From an uncultured Erysipelotrichaceae bacterium (GTDB lineage Bacteria > Bacillota_I > Bacilli_A > RFN20 > CAG-826), in contig CADAXQ010000006.1 in NCBI GenBank assembly GCA_902791935.1, positions 8,129 to 72,128 on the forward strand: DNA of 64,000 bases. The letters are read 5' to 3'. This document shows positions 9,507 to 17,514 of this stretch, piece by piece. Each line of letters opens with the position of its first letter. The stretch's first letter is position 1. The position numbers and the translations under genes were made by a program. Below the pieces are notes generated by a model. That model worked only from the letters and a program-made list of their open reading frames with translations, was not told the DNA's origin and did no database searches.

Positions 9507-10361
9507 ATGAATCCTCTCTTAGAGAACTATAAACGCATCTTATTAGATGGGACCATCAATACGCGCGATATGGGTGGCATCGTGACGGAAGATGGCCATC
9601 ATTTGCGGAAGGGCCTTGCCTTTCGAAGCGACACTTTAAATCGTCTTAGCCCCCGTGATGTCGCATTTTGGGAAAGTCAAAACCTACGGCTCATCCTTGA
9701 CGTTCGTTCTCCTTCCGAACAAGAACGATTTCCTGATGTTGAGATTCCTTGTGCCGACCACGAGATTTTAACGATTCAACATGAGGTGGATTTAGACCAC
9801 ATTTTGCAAGAACCCATCCATCCGAAGACATATCCCGACGTCAAAGATCCTTATTGGAAAAATTTCTTGCCGTTCTTATATCGTTATGACCCCCATGGCG
9901 ACATGCATCAAGGATTTCCCAGGATGTACAGCATGATGCCGCTAGATCCCGTCACGCAAGCCCATATTCACGACGCGTTTTCTCTCTTATTAAATAAGGA
10001 TAGAGAAGGGGCGTTTGTCGTGCACTGCAAAGATGGCAAAGACCGCACCGGATTCTTTTGTTACTTATTCTTATCTGCACTCGGCGTTTCGTATGAAGAA
10101 GTGCTGCGCGATTATTTGATTTCAAGAGAAAATGAAGAAACACGAGCCCGTGCGATGGCGAAAGAGGCCAAAGAAGCAGGCATCGATGACCCGGTGCTTC
10201 TGGAATCGATTTACTGGATCAATACCGTCGATGAAACAAACTTAGCTGCCTTAAAGGCATCGCTAGAACGCCATTATGGTTCGGTCCAGTCTTACTTACG
10301 GCAAATCATCGGGTTAAGCGAAGAAGACCTGGCTCAATTACGGGATCGATACTTAGAATAA
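9507..10361 (+). CDS. Protein-tyrosine phosphatase-like protein (CX5R active site)
   Basis: HCKDGKDRTG P-loop (C-x5-R) in a ~285-aa protein, typical of the bacterial Y_phosphatase3-type family. Start placed at the internal ATG (MNPLLENYK...). Confidence 0.7.
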   Translation: MNPLLENYKRILLDGTINTRDMGGIVTEDGHHLRKGLAFRSDTLNRLSPRDVAFWESQNLRLILDVRSPSEQERFPDVEIPCADHEILTIQHEVDLDHILQEPIHPKTYPDVKDPYWKNFLPFLYRYDPHGDMHQGFPRMYSMMPLDPVTQAHIHDAFSLLLNKDREGAFVVHCKDGKDRTGFFCYLFLSALGVSYEEVLRDYLISRENEETRARAMAKEAKEAGIDDPVLLESIYWINTVDETNLAALKASLERHYGSVQSYLRQIIGLSEEDLAQLRDRYLE

Positions 10362-10371
10362 ATGGGGGGAT

Positions 10372-10914
10372 TTACCCCATTTTTATGCCTTCCGTTAAAG
10401 CGCGGAAGCGTTCAATCGAAGCTTTCGGATAAATCAAATAGAACGAAAGCGTCGCTTCCGGATCAGAAAAAGGAATCACGGCCCGATTCGTTTCTTTGAC
10501 TTGTTCAGGCAATGTGAAATTCGAAAGAAACGAAGGCAAAGACGAATAACGGGTTAATGCCGACAGCGCTTCTCGGTCAGATTGTTTAAAGAATTTCGCG
10601 TGTGGCATCTTTGCGCGCACAATGGCTTCCCATACCCTGACTTCTGAATACATGATGAAATTTTGCCCATCCATTTCGTGAAAGGTGACCGAAGGGTAAG
10701 AAGAGACGGGATGCATGTAATCCATGGTGAGATAAAGTTGTTTCTTGCCATAGAAAACCGATTGATATCGCGGATCATCTACCATATGTGTCAATACGAT
10801 TAATTGATATGTGCCATCAGCTAACCCCAGCAAAAGATGAGATTCATCTTTCACTTCGGAAGTGATGGTGATATCGGGAAAACGAGCCGATACGCGTGGC
10901 AATAAACGAATCAA
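10372..10914 (-). pseudogene. LysR-family regulator remnant: substrate-binding domain only, HTH domain missing
   Basis: The sequence is typical of the LysR effector domain (LLPRVSARFPDITITSEV...). The frame stays open only to 10977, where it meets the nitroreductase stop. There is no ATG (the track start is a TTG) and no room for the ~85-aa N-terminal HTH. Confidence 0.6.
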
Positions 10915-10972
10915 CGGGCCAGGGGCAACGCTGCCTCTAATGATAAGGTATAAACTGGACCCCGATTTGTTG

Positions 10973-11494
10973 TTATTTTAGATAAGCAACGCGTCCTGGT
11001 AAACGCGGTCTTGCTGTCGGTAGAGGCCCTTTGTCATAGCCCAAGATGACGTTCCCGATGCCTTGATAGATGGCAGGATCATAGCCTGCTTTTTCTAATA
11101 GTTGCCGTCCAAAGTCACTTTCTAATTCCTCTTTGGCACGGTGTATCCAACAAGAGGCCAGCCCTAACGAAGTTGCGGCAATGATGAGATTCATGATCAT
11201 GGCAGAGCCGGTTTCTATGGCAGTCGCGCTTCGTTTTGCGATGACGACCATGACGACCGGCGCTCCATAAAATGGGTCTGCGGTCGAACCCATGACGGCG
11301 GCATTCTCGCGTGCTAACGCATCACGAAGCTCTCGATTCGTAATCACTAAGACTGCGGCATCTTGTCGCCCCATGGCGCTCGGGGCATAAAGCCCTGCCT
11401 CTACGATTTGCTTCAAATCTTCTTCGGGCACAGGCTTGTTTTCATAAGAACGAACACTTCTTCGTTCTTCTAATAATTTTAAGGTTTCGTTCAT
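10973..11494 (-). CDS. Nitroreductase-family protein
   Basis: 173 aa with N-terminal LLEERRSVRSYENKPVPEEDLKQIVEAGLYAPSA, characteristic of the NAD(P)H-flavin nitroreductase family. Confidence 0.8.
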   Translation of the reverse strand: MNETLKLLEERRSVRSYENKPVPEEDLKQIVEAGLYAPSAMGRQDAAVLVITNRELRDALARENAAVMGSTADPFYGAPVVMVVIAKRSATAIETGSAMIMNLIIAATSLGLASCWIHRAKEELESDFGRQLLEKAGYDPAIYQGIGNVILGYDKGPLPTARPRLPGRVAYLK

Positions 11495-11604
11495 CGTTCG
11501 AACCTCCTCTTTCTCTCCATTATAGGAACAAAAAATGCAATTCGAAAAAATAAAACTCTACTTTTGTCTCAAAAGAGAGTATCGTTCCTAAGGGATAAAT
11601 ACAT

Positions 11605-12999
11605 ATGTACGATGTCATTATTGTCGGTTGTGGCCCCGCGGGCATTTTTACCGCGTTAGAAATGTTACGCAAGGGAAGCCAAAAGAAAATCTTGATGATT
11701 GAGAAAGGGCAATCCGTAGAAAAACGTTATTGCCCGAAAGCCAAGATTGGTCATTGCATCCATTGCGATCCATGCGCGATTACCACGGGTTTTAGTGGGG
11801 CGGGCGCGTTCTCGGATGGCAAATTATCGTTATCGAGTTCCGTTGGCGGTGCGTTACCTGAACTTTTAGGTTACTCCACCGTGGATGAACTCATCCGTTA
11901 TGCCGATTCCATTTATTTGGAGTTCGGCGCAGACAAAGCAGTCGAAGGGGCGAACGAAACCGCCGAAAAACGGGAAATCCGTCGGAAATCCATTGAAGCG
12001 GGTTTGCAACTTGTCGATTGCCCGATTCGTCACTTAGGCACAGAAAAAGCCCGGGACTTGTATTTGGCGATTGAACGTTACTTGCTCGAACACGGCGTTG
12101 AGATTCGTTATGGTTACGAATGTAATGACGTCATGCTCGATGGTAAGAAGTGCGTCGGTGTCCGTGCCAAGAAATACCATGGCGGCGAAGAAGAGGAAAT
12201 CCAAGCGAAGGATATCGTCATTGCCGCAGGACGTCGTGGTGCCGATTGGTTAGAAAAGATCTGCGCGAAATACGATATTGCCCACGCGCCAGGACCGGTT
12301 GATGTCGGGGTCCGTGTCGAAGTCCGTAATGAGGTCATGGAGGTTTTGAATAACAACCTCTATGAAGCCAAGTTAATCGGCTATCCAGGTCCGTTCAAAG
12401 ACAAAGTCCGGACGTTCTGCCAAAATCCGGGTGGCTTTGTGGCCCAAGAAAACTACGATGGTGGTTTAGCCGTCGTCAATGGTCACTCCTTCAAAGATAC
12501 GAAATCGCCAAACACGAACGTTTCGATTCTTTGTAGCCATAACTTTAGAGAACCATTCAATCAACCGATTCTCTATGCCCAAAAGATCGGTGAATTGACG
12601 AACATGTTAGGCAATGGCCAAATCTTAGTGCAACGCTTCGGCGACATCTTAGATGGCAAACGGACATGGCAAAACGAACTGAATCGTTCGAACGTTGTTC
12701 CGACGCTTCCTGATGCCGTGGCTGGCGATATCACCGCTGCCATGCCATATCGGACGATGACGGATATCATCGCGTTTATCAAAGCAGTGGATCATGTGGT
12801 GCCAGGCTTTGCTTCGCCAGAAACCTTGCTCTATTCGCCAGAAATCAAGTTCTATTCCAACCGTATCAAGATGGATACGAATTTGACGACGAACATTTCG
12901 AATCTCTTCTGCTTAGGGGACTCCTCGGGCTGGACAAGAGGCTTGATGATGGCTTCCGTTATGGGCGTTGTCTTAGGACGTCGCTTGGCCGCAGAATAA
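11605..12999 (+). CDS. FAD-dependent oxidoreductase-like protein (COG2509-type)
   Basis: N-terminal dinucleotide-binding motif MYDVIIVGCGPAGIF. Its 464-aa architecture resembles the uncharacterised FAD-dependent dehydrogenases. Confidence 0.7.
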   Translation: MYDVIIVGCGPAGIFTALEMLRKGSQKKILMIEKGQSVEKRYCPKAKIGHCIHCDPCAITTGFSGAGAFSDGKLSLSSSVGGALPELLGYSTVDELIRYADSIYLEFGADKAVEGANETAEKREIRRKSIEAGLQLVDCPIRHLGTEKARDLYLAIERYLLEHGVEIRYGYECNDVMLDGKKCVGVRAKKYHGGEEEEIQAKDIVIAAGRRGADWLEKICAKYDIAHAPGPVDVGVRVEVRNEVMEVLNNNLYEAKLIGYPGPFKDKVRTFCQNPGGFVAQENYDGGLAVVNGHSFKDTKSPNTNVSILCSHNFREPFNQPILYAQKIGELTNMLGNGQILVQRFGDILDGKRTWQNELNRSNVVPTLPDAVAGDITAAMPYRTMTDIIAFIKAVDHVVPGFASPETLLYSPEIKFYSNRIKMDTNLTTNISNLFCLGDSSGWTRGLMMASVMGVVLGRRLAAE

Positions 13000-13015
13000 T
13001 TTGATTTTCTAACTT

Positions 13016-13049
13016 AAGGCCGCGCTTGTGATAAAAGGCGGCCTTTTTG
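13016..13049 (+). terminator. Rho-independent terminator
   Basis: AGGCCGC...GCGGCCT hairpin followed by TTTTT. Confidence 0.6.
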
Positions 13050-13111
13050 TTGCCATTAAAAACGAAGCAGACATTTTCGCACGTCTTTTACTTAGAGATT
13101 GATTTTTCCTC

Positions 13112-13140
13112 TTGCTTCAATCTAGCGCTCTCTTTATAAT
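13112..13140 (+). promoter_or_regulatory. Sigma-70-type promoter for tRNA-Val
   Basis: TTGCTT-N17-TATAAT, about 35 nt upstream of the tRNA 5' end. Confidence 0.5.
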
Positions 13141-13175
13141 AATCGAGCGGTTTCGGAAGGAACCACCAGCTTGAT

Positions 13176-13251
13176 GGGTAGTTAGCTCAGCTGGGAGAGC
13201 ATCTGTTTGACGTACAGAAGGTCAGGAGTTCGAGCCTCTTACTACCCACCA
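13176..13251 (+). tRNA. tRNA-Val (anticodon GAC)
   Basis: Manual cloverleaf: acceptor GGGTAGT/ACTACCC, D arm GCTC/GAGC, anticodon stem TCTGT/ACAGA with loop TTGACGT, T loop TTCGAGC, encoded CCA. Confidence 0.9.
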
Positions 13252-13460
13252 ATTAGAAATGTGACTCAGGGTTGCCTGGGTTTTTTCTTATTTATAGGTT
13301 TCTTTCGCTCTGATGAAGAAAAATAAATGGCTCTATTCTAGGCTGATTGATGACGTAAAAAAGGTTCAGCGATGTTTGGACGTTTATCCGCCTGCGATCG
13401 TAGATAGCCAAATGGAAGTTAAGGTTTCCGTCAAGGCAACCGATATTGTATTTTTACAAG

Positions 13461-13491
13461 GAAAAAATGCGGATATACGCAAAAATTTATT
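13461..13491. repeat. 31-bp palindrome-core repeat, copy 1 (2 mismatches)
   Basis: GAAAAAATGCGGATATaCGCAAAAATTTaTT. It differs from copies 2 and 3 at two positions, one of them inside the palindrome. Confidence 0.85.
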
Positions 13492-13591
13492 GTATAGTTT
13501 TCTGATTTTTTAAAAAGGCAATCTGCCATTCCGACATAATAACAAAAAAGCAAAATCAGCCAATCTTCGCAAGAATCGTCGTCTTCTTAAA

Positions 13592-13619
13592 TTGATTTAT
13601 AGAGAATCGGAATTATAAT
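13592..13619 (+). promoter_or_regulatory. Sigma-70-type promoter for the AAA+ ATPase gene
   Basis: TTGATT-N16-TATAAT. The predicted transcription start falls at the first bases of repeat copy 2. Confidence 0.45.
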
Positions 13620-13626
13620 ATGTAAG

Positions 13627-13657
13627 GAAAAAATGCGGATATCCGCAAAAATTTCTT
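13627..13657. repeat. 31-bp palindrome-core repeat, copy 2
   Basis: GAAAAAATGCGGATATCCGCAAAAATTTCTT, identical to copy 3. The core TGCGGATATCCGCA is a perfect 14-bp palindrome. It ends 13 nt before the ATPase start codon. Confidence 0.9.
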
Positions 13658-13670
13658 GTAAAGGCTAGTT

Positions 13671-14963
13671 ATGTACCAAAGAAAACAGTATCTGAACGAG
13701 TTGATTTCCAAAAAAGACAACGGCAGAGTCAAAATTATCACGGGATTGCGCAGAAGCGGCAAATCCGTCCTTTTGCTCAAACTATATCGCGGTTGGTTGC
13801 TTTCCCAAGGAATTCAAAAAGATCAGATAGTCAGCCTATCTTTGGACGTCGTCGCCAACGCCACGTATCGTGATCCCATTAAATTAGATCGATACATTCG
13901 TAGTCAAATGCATGATTCAACGAAGCGATACTATATTTTCTTAGATGAAATTCAATTTGTTTCCGATGTCCCAAATCCCTATGTCAATAATCCCAATGCA
14001 AGAATTACCTTTGTCGATGTCGTTTTGGGGTTGATGCAAATGGAAAATGTGGATGTTTATATTACGGGGAGCAACTCAAACATGCTTTCTAGTGATATTC
14101 TGACGCAGTTTCGAGACCGGGGGGATGAGATTCGAGTTTATCCGCTTTCCTATGCGGAATTCTATGAAAATTATGAGGGAGATAAAAGGGATGCTTGGCA
14201 AGAATATTACACCTATGGAGGCATGCCTTATGTTTATTCTTTGAAAACGCATGAGGAGAGAAGCGAATACTTAAAAGATTTGCTTGAAAGAACTTATATC
14301 AAAGATGTTTTGGAGCGCCATTCCATCAAAAATTCCAAAGAAATATTAGATGTTTTGCTTGATGTCTTGGCTTCTTCGATCGGTTCCCTGACCAACCCCA
14401 ACAAGCTTTCTCATGCTTTTAAAAGCGATCGTGGGATTCAAATTAATTCGGATACCTTTGCAAAATACCTAGGGTATTTCGAAGATTCTTTCTTACTTTC
14501 AAAAGCACTTCGATATGACGTAAAAGGCAAGAAATACATCCATACGCCTTCCAAATATTACTACACGGATCTAGGGCTAAGAAACGCGCGTCTTTCCTTC
14601 CGGCAGATGGAAGAAAATCACATCATGGAAAATATTCTTTATAACGATCTAAAAAGAAGAGGGATGGACGTTGATGTCGGCGTGGTGGAATACAATACGA
14701 AAGATCCTCAAGACAAGAATGTTCGCAAGCAATTGGAAGTGGACTTTGTTGTGAATCAAGGTGAAAAAAGAATCTATATTCAGTCCGCTTTATCGGTGGA
14801 TGATTTTAAGAAACGAGAACAAGAGATTGCTTCTTTGCTTAGAATTCACGATTCTTTCGAAAAAATTGTTGTCATCAAAGATTATCGGAAGCCTTGGCGG
14901 GATGACCACGGAATTCTTTATGTTGGAGTAGAGCAATTTTTGCTTGATAACGATATCGTTTAA
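13671..14963 (+). CDS. AAA+ ATPase of the AAA_14/DUF4143 type (COG1373-like)
   Basis: 430 aa with Walker A GLRRSGKS and Walker B YYIFLDEIQ. The C-terminal region (EVDFVVNQGEKRIYIQSALS) is typical of DUF4143 proteins. By eye, the gene and its flanks look more AT-rich than neighbouring genes. Confidence 0.75.
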   Translation: MYQRKQYLNELISKKDNGRVKIITGLRRSGKSVLLLKLYRGWLLSQGIQKDQIVSLSLDVVANATYRDPIKLDRYIRSQMHDSTKRYYIFLDEIQFVSDVPNPYVNNPNARITFVDVVLGLMQMENVDVYITGSNSNMLSSDILTQFRDRGDEIRVYPLSYAEFYENYEGDKRDAWQEYYTYGGMPYVYSLKTHEERSEYLKDLLERTYIKDVLERHSIKNSKEILDVLLDVLASSIGSLTNPNKLSHAFKSDRGIQINSDTFAKYLGYFEDSFLLSKALRYDVKGKKYIHTPSKYYYTDLGLRNARLSFRQMEENHIMENILYNDLKRRGMDVDVGVVEYNTKDPQDKNVRKQLEVDFVVNQGEKRIYIQSALSVDDFKKREQEIASLLRIHDSFEKIVVIKDYRKPWRDDHGILYVGVEQFLLDNDIV

Positions 14964-15096
14964 CAAGCACGATAGCCACAATAGCAACGAACTTGTTTGT
15001 TTTTTTGTCCGCATATGAAAGGTGGTACTGCCTGTTTTTATCGCGATAAAAAATTTGCTGTTTTGCAAAAAGAGCGGTTTTCGTTTTCAGCAACAA

Positions 15097-15127
15097 GAAA
15101 AAATGCGGATATCCGCAAAAATTTCTT
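15097..15127. repeat. 31-bp palindrome-core repeat, copy 3
   Basis: Identical to copy 2. It lies between the convergent ATPase and CBS genes. On the minus strand the hairpin is followed by ATTTTTTC, so it could also act as a weak terminator for the CBS gene. Confidence 0.9.
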
Positions 15128-15163
15128 ACTTTGACTATAGAACAAAAAGATAATGGAAAGGCG

Positions 15164-15589
15164 CTACCCGATTCTTTCTTCCTTGAAGAGATGTTTCAAA
15201 ATGGATTTGCGCGTGACGATTCCAATAAATATCCCGTGATCATCCACGACAGGAATAAAGTTTTGCGAAAGGATGACGTCCTTTAAATCAGCGACATTCG
15301 TGGTGCTAGGAACTGGCTGAATTTGGTGGGCCGACGTGATGGAAGATAATGGAATTCGTTCTAGATCATCAAAACTCACGCGATTTTTTAAGATGTAACG
15401 TAAAAAGTCTCCATAAGCTACGGAACGGACATAAACACCGCTTTGTCGGTCAATCACAGGGATTTCGTTATAGCCATGGGCATCCATCTTTTCTAAGGAT
15501 TGGCGCACGGTGAAATCGGAGAAGAGGTAATCAACCGTCACTTTGGGGAGCAATAGCATCAAGACATTCATTTCGCTTTTCATCAACAT
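15164..15589 (-). CDS. CBS-pair domain protein
   Basis: The ~140-aa core has two CBS motifs (GYNEIPVIDRQSG..., NFIPVVDDHGIFIGIVTRKSIL). The track ORF extends to 15769 and overlaps the divergent HAD gene. The start is uncertain, with several ATGs between 15557 and 15589. Confidence 0.65.
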   Translation of the reverse strand: MLMKSEMNVLMLLLPKVTVDYLFSDFTVRQSLEKMDAHGYNEIPVIDRQSGVYVRSVAYGDFLRYILKNRVSFDDLERIPLSSITSAHQIQPVPSTTNVADLKDVILSQNFIPVVDDHGIFIGIVTRKSILKHLFKEERIG

Positions 15590-15657
15590 GTTTATCTTAC
15601 GCCATACGGCGAACTTTGACATAGGAAAGCGAATGAAAACGGAATAGAATGTTTGCC

Positions 15658-16299
15658 ATGAAAAAGACGATTGTATTTGACTGGAACGGAACGTTGCTCG
15701 ACGATGTAGAGATTTGTTGGCGCTTATTGAATGAATTATTAACGATTCGACGTCATCCGACGGTAACATTAGAAACCTATCGCCAAATTTTTACGTTCCC
15801 CATCCAGACCTATTATGAGCGGGCAGGATTTTCTTTCCCCGAGGATGATTTTGTGGCCTTGGCAAAGCGCTTCGACCGAGATTATCGTGCTGCCTTTCCT
15901 CGCCTTTCCTTATTTCCGGATGCTAAGGATACGTTAGATGCATTGAAATCTTCAATGGATTTAATCGTCTTATCGGCCTCAAAGCAATCCAATCTCGAAG
16001 ACCAGCTGAAACAAAAAGGCATCTCACAAGAATTCTCGGCCATCTTAGGCATTCAAGACATCTACGGGGCATCGAAATTAGAACGAGGACGTGCCTATTT
16101 TGCCACCCATCCTACGAAAACAGACGCCTTGTTTTTCATTGGGGATACGTTGCATGATGCTGAAGTGGCGCATGCCTTAGGTGGACAAGCAATTTTGATC
16201 GCGCAAGGCCATCAGGCCAAGAACATCTTAGAACAAGATTCACAAGCCATATTGTTGCCTTCTTTAAAGGAATTGCCTTCCTATTTGGCTTCGAAATAG
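15658..16299 (+). CDS. HAD-superfamily hydrolase (phosphoglycolate-phosphatase-like)
   Basis: Motif I is FDWNGTLLDD, with a cap domain and a C-terminal FIGDTLHD motif. Start placed at MKKTIVF. Confidence 0.7.
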   Translation: MKKTIVFDWNGTLLDDVEICWRLLNELLTIRRHPTVTLETYRQIFTFPIQTYYERAGFSFPEDDFVALAKRFDRDYRAAFPRLSLFPDAKDTLDALKSSMDLIVLSASKQSNLEDQLKQKGISQEFSAILGIQDIYGASKLERGRAYFATHPTKTDALFFIGDTLHDAEVAHALGGQAILIAQGHQAKNILEQDSQAILLPSLKELPSYLASK

Positions 16300-16359
16300 A
16301 AAATTTTTGTTTTTCTCTTTGAAAACTCTTACCATTAGAAAAAAAGAAGGATGAATGTT

Positions 16360-16575
16360 ATGGCGAACAAAACAAAAGAAAATGCCATTGCGAAAACGTA
16401 TCACATCGCAAAACGAGCCGATGGCAAGTGGCAAGTGAAATTGGCCAATGGCCAAATTGCCATTAAGCTTTTCGCCACGCAAAAAGAAGCCATCGAATAC
16501 GCGGAAAAGCTTGCTAAGAACCAAGATGGATCCATTCGCGTTCACTCGGTGAAGGGCAAGATTCGGAAAGCGTAA
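16360..16575 (+). CDS. DUF2188-like small protein
   Basis: YHIAKRADGKWQVKLANGQIAIKLFATQKEAIEYAEKLAKNQDGSIRVH matches the DUF2188 pattern. An AAGAAGG RBS sits 9 nt before the second ATG. Confidence 0.65.
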   Translation: MANKTKENAIAKTYHIAKRADGKWQVKLANGQIAIKLFATQKEAIEYAEKLAKNQDGSIRVHSVKGKIRKA

Positions 16576-16580
16576 TTGCT

Positions 16581-16608
16581 TTGCAAAATCCGTGATAACT
16601 CTTATAAT
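16581..16608 (+). promoter_or_regulatory. Sigma-70-type promoter for tRNA-Gly(CCC)
   Basis: TTGCAA-N16-TATAAT ending 11 nt before the tRNA 5' end. Confidence 0.5.
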
Positions 16609-16619
16609 GTTTCCGCGTT

Positions 16620-16693
16620 GCATCTGTAGTTCAGTGGCAGAACACTAGCTTCCCAAGCTAGTTATACGGGTTCGATTCCCGCCAGATGCTCCA
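16620..16693 (+). tRNA. tRNA-Gly (anticodon CCC)
   Basis: Acceptor GCATCTG/CAGATGC, D stem GTTC/GAAC, anticodon stem CTAGC/GCTAG with loop TTCCCAA, T loop TTCGATT, encoded CCA. The first T-stem pair is an A-C mismatch. Confidence 0.85.
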
Positions 16694-16705
16694 TCAGCAA
16701 ATATA

Positions 16706-16743
16706 GGCTTGATACAAAGAAAATCGCGTATCAAGCCTTTTTT
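16706..16743 (+). terminator. Rho-independent terminator after tRNA-Gly
   Basis: GGCTTGATAC-loop-GTATCAAGCC (10-bp stem) followed by TTTTTT. Confidence 0.75.
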
Positions 16744-16832
16744 GTACTTAAAATGGCATTTTTTTCGCGACATTCTCAGCTTTTTGTGGTCAAATAACAT
16801 TATATTTAGAATGCGATACAGGAGCGATTGGT

Positions 16833-17501
16833 TTGCCAGAATTCGACGAAAAAGAATTTGCTTATAAAGCGAGTAACAAGAAGCAACAAAAATTATATGA
16901 CCATTATGTTGAGGCTTTTAAGCAAAAGCCTGCTTTTTTCTTGAGACTTAAAAAGAATGTTCTATCCAATGAAATGAAGCCAATTACTGCTCTTGTGTTT
17001 GAGCCCTCAAAAGAGATGCCATTCTGGAAACTATGCACGATTGGTGCTAGCGACTACCTAATGCCTGAACGTGATATTGGGTGGGGAAGAAAGGCAAATC
17101 AACGCAACGAATACATGATGCTTATCGATCCAGAAGTCGAAATCAGTCAGGAGAAAACGGAATGGTTATCGCTCAACTCATTGCTCTGGGCAACTGCTGA
17201 ATACGCCTTTAATGCAAAAGAAAATATTACGGTTTCTGATACCATTGACATGCAAATAAAAGGCAAATACTGCGGGACTGTATTGTTATTACCAGAAATC
17301 TTTAAATCTCCAAGCATAGTGAAGTGCTTTGTTTCCAAACATAAATTCATAAGCATATTTCAAGTAATGCCAATAACGAGGGAGCTGCTCAGCAAAAAGT
17401 TAAAAAAAGGAACAAACGGTATTTATTGGCTTATGGAGCAGTTTTATACGCACGACGACGATTACAAACTGATATTGTCTAAACCGTTTGCAGTATTATA
17501 A
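16833..17501 (+). CDS. SUFU-like (suppressor-of-fused family) protein, possible immunity-type protein
   Basis: 222 aa. The FWKLCTIGASDYLMP motif and overall size resemble bacterial SUFU-domain proteins. TTG start with AGGAG 8 nt upstream. The functional call is tentative. Confidence 0.45.
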   Translation: MPEFDEKEFAYKASNKKQQKLYDHYVEAFKQKPAFFLRLKKNVLSNEMKPITALVFEPSKEMPFWKLCTIGASDYLMPERDIGWGRKANQRNEYMMLIDPEVEISQEKTEWLSLNSLLWATAEYAFNAKENITVSDTIDMQIKGKYCGTVLLLPEIFKSPSIVKCFVSKHKFISIFQVMPITRELLSKKLKKGTNGIYWLMEQFYTHDDDYKLILSKPFAVL

Positions 17502-17514
17502 AATAAGAGACAAG

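Noticed and set aside
13313-13513. A 66-aa ORF in the islet after tRNA-Val.
   Set aside because: It has no RBS, it runs through repeat copy 1, its composition is odd and it resembles no family. Probably non-coding.
13461-15127. The three 31-bp repeats considered as a CRISPR array.
   Set aside because: The spacings are irregular (135 bp and ~1440 bp), one spacer would be a whole protein-coding gene, the repeat is a perfect palindrome with A/T flanks, and no cas genes are present.
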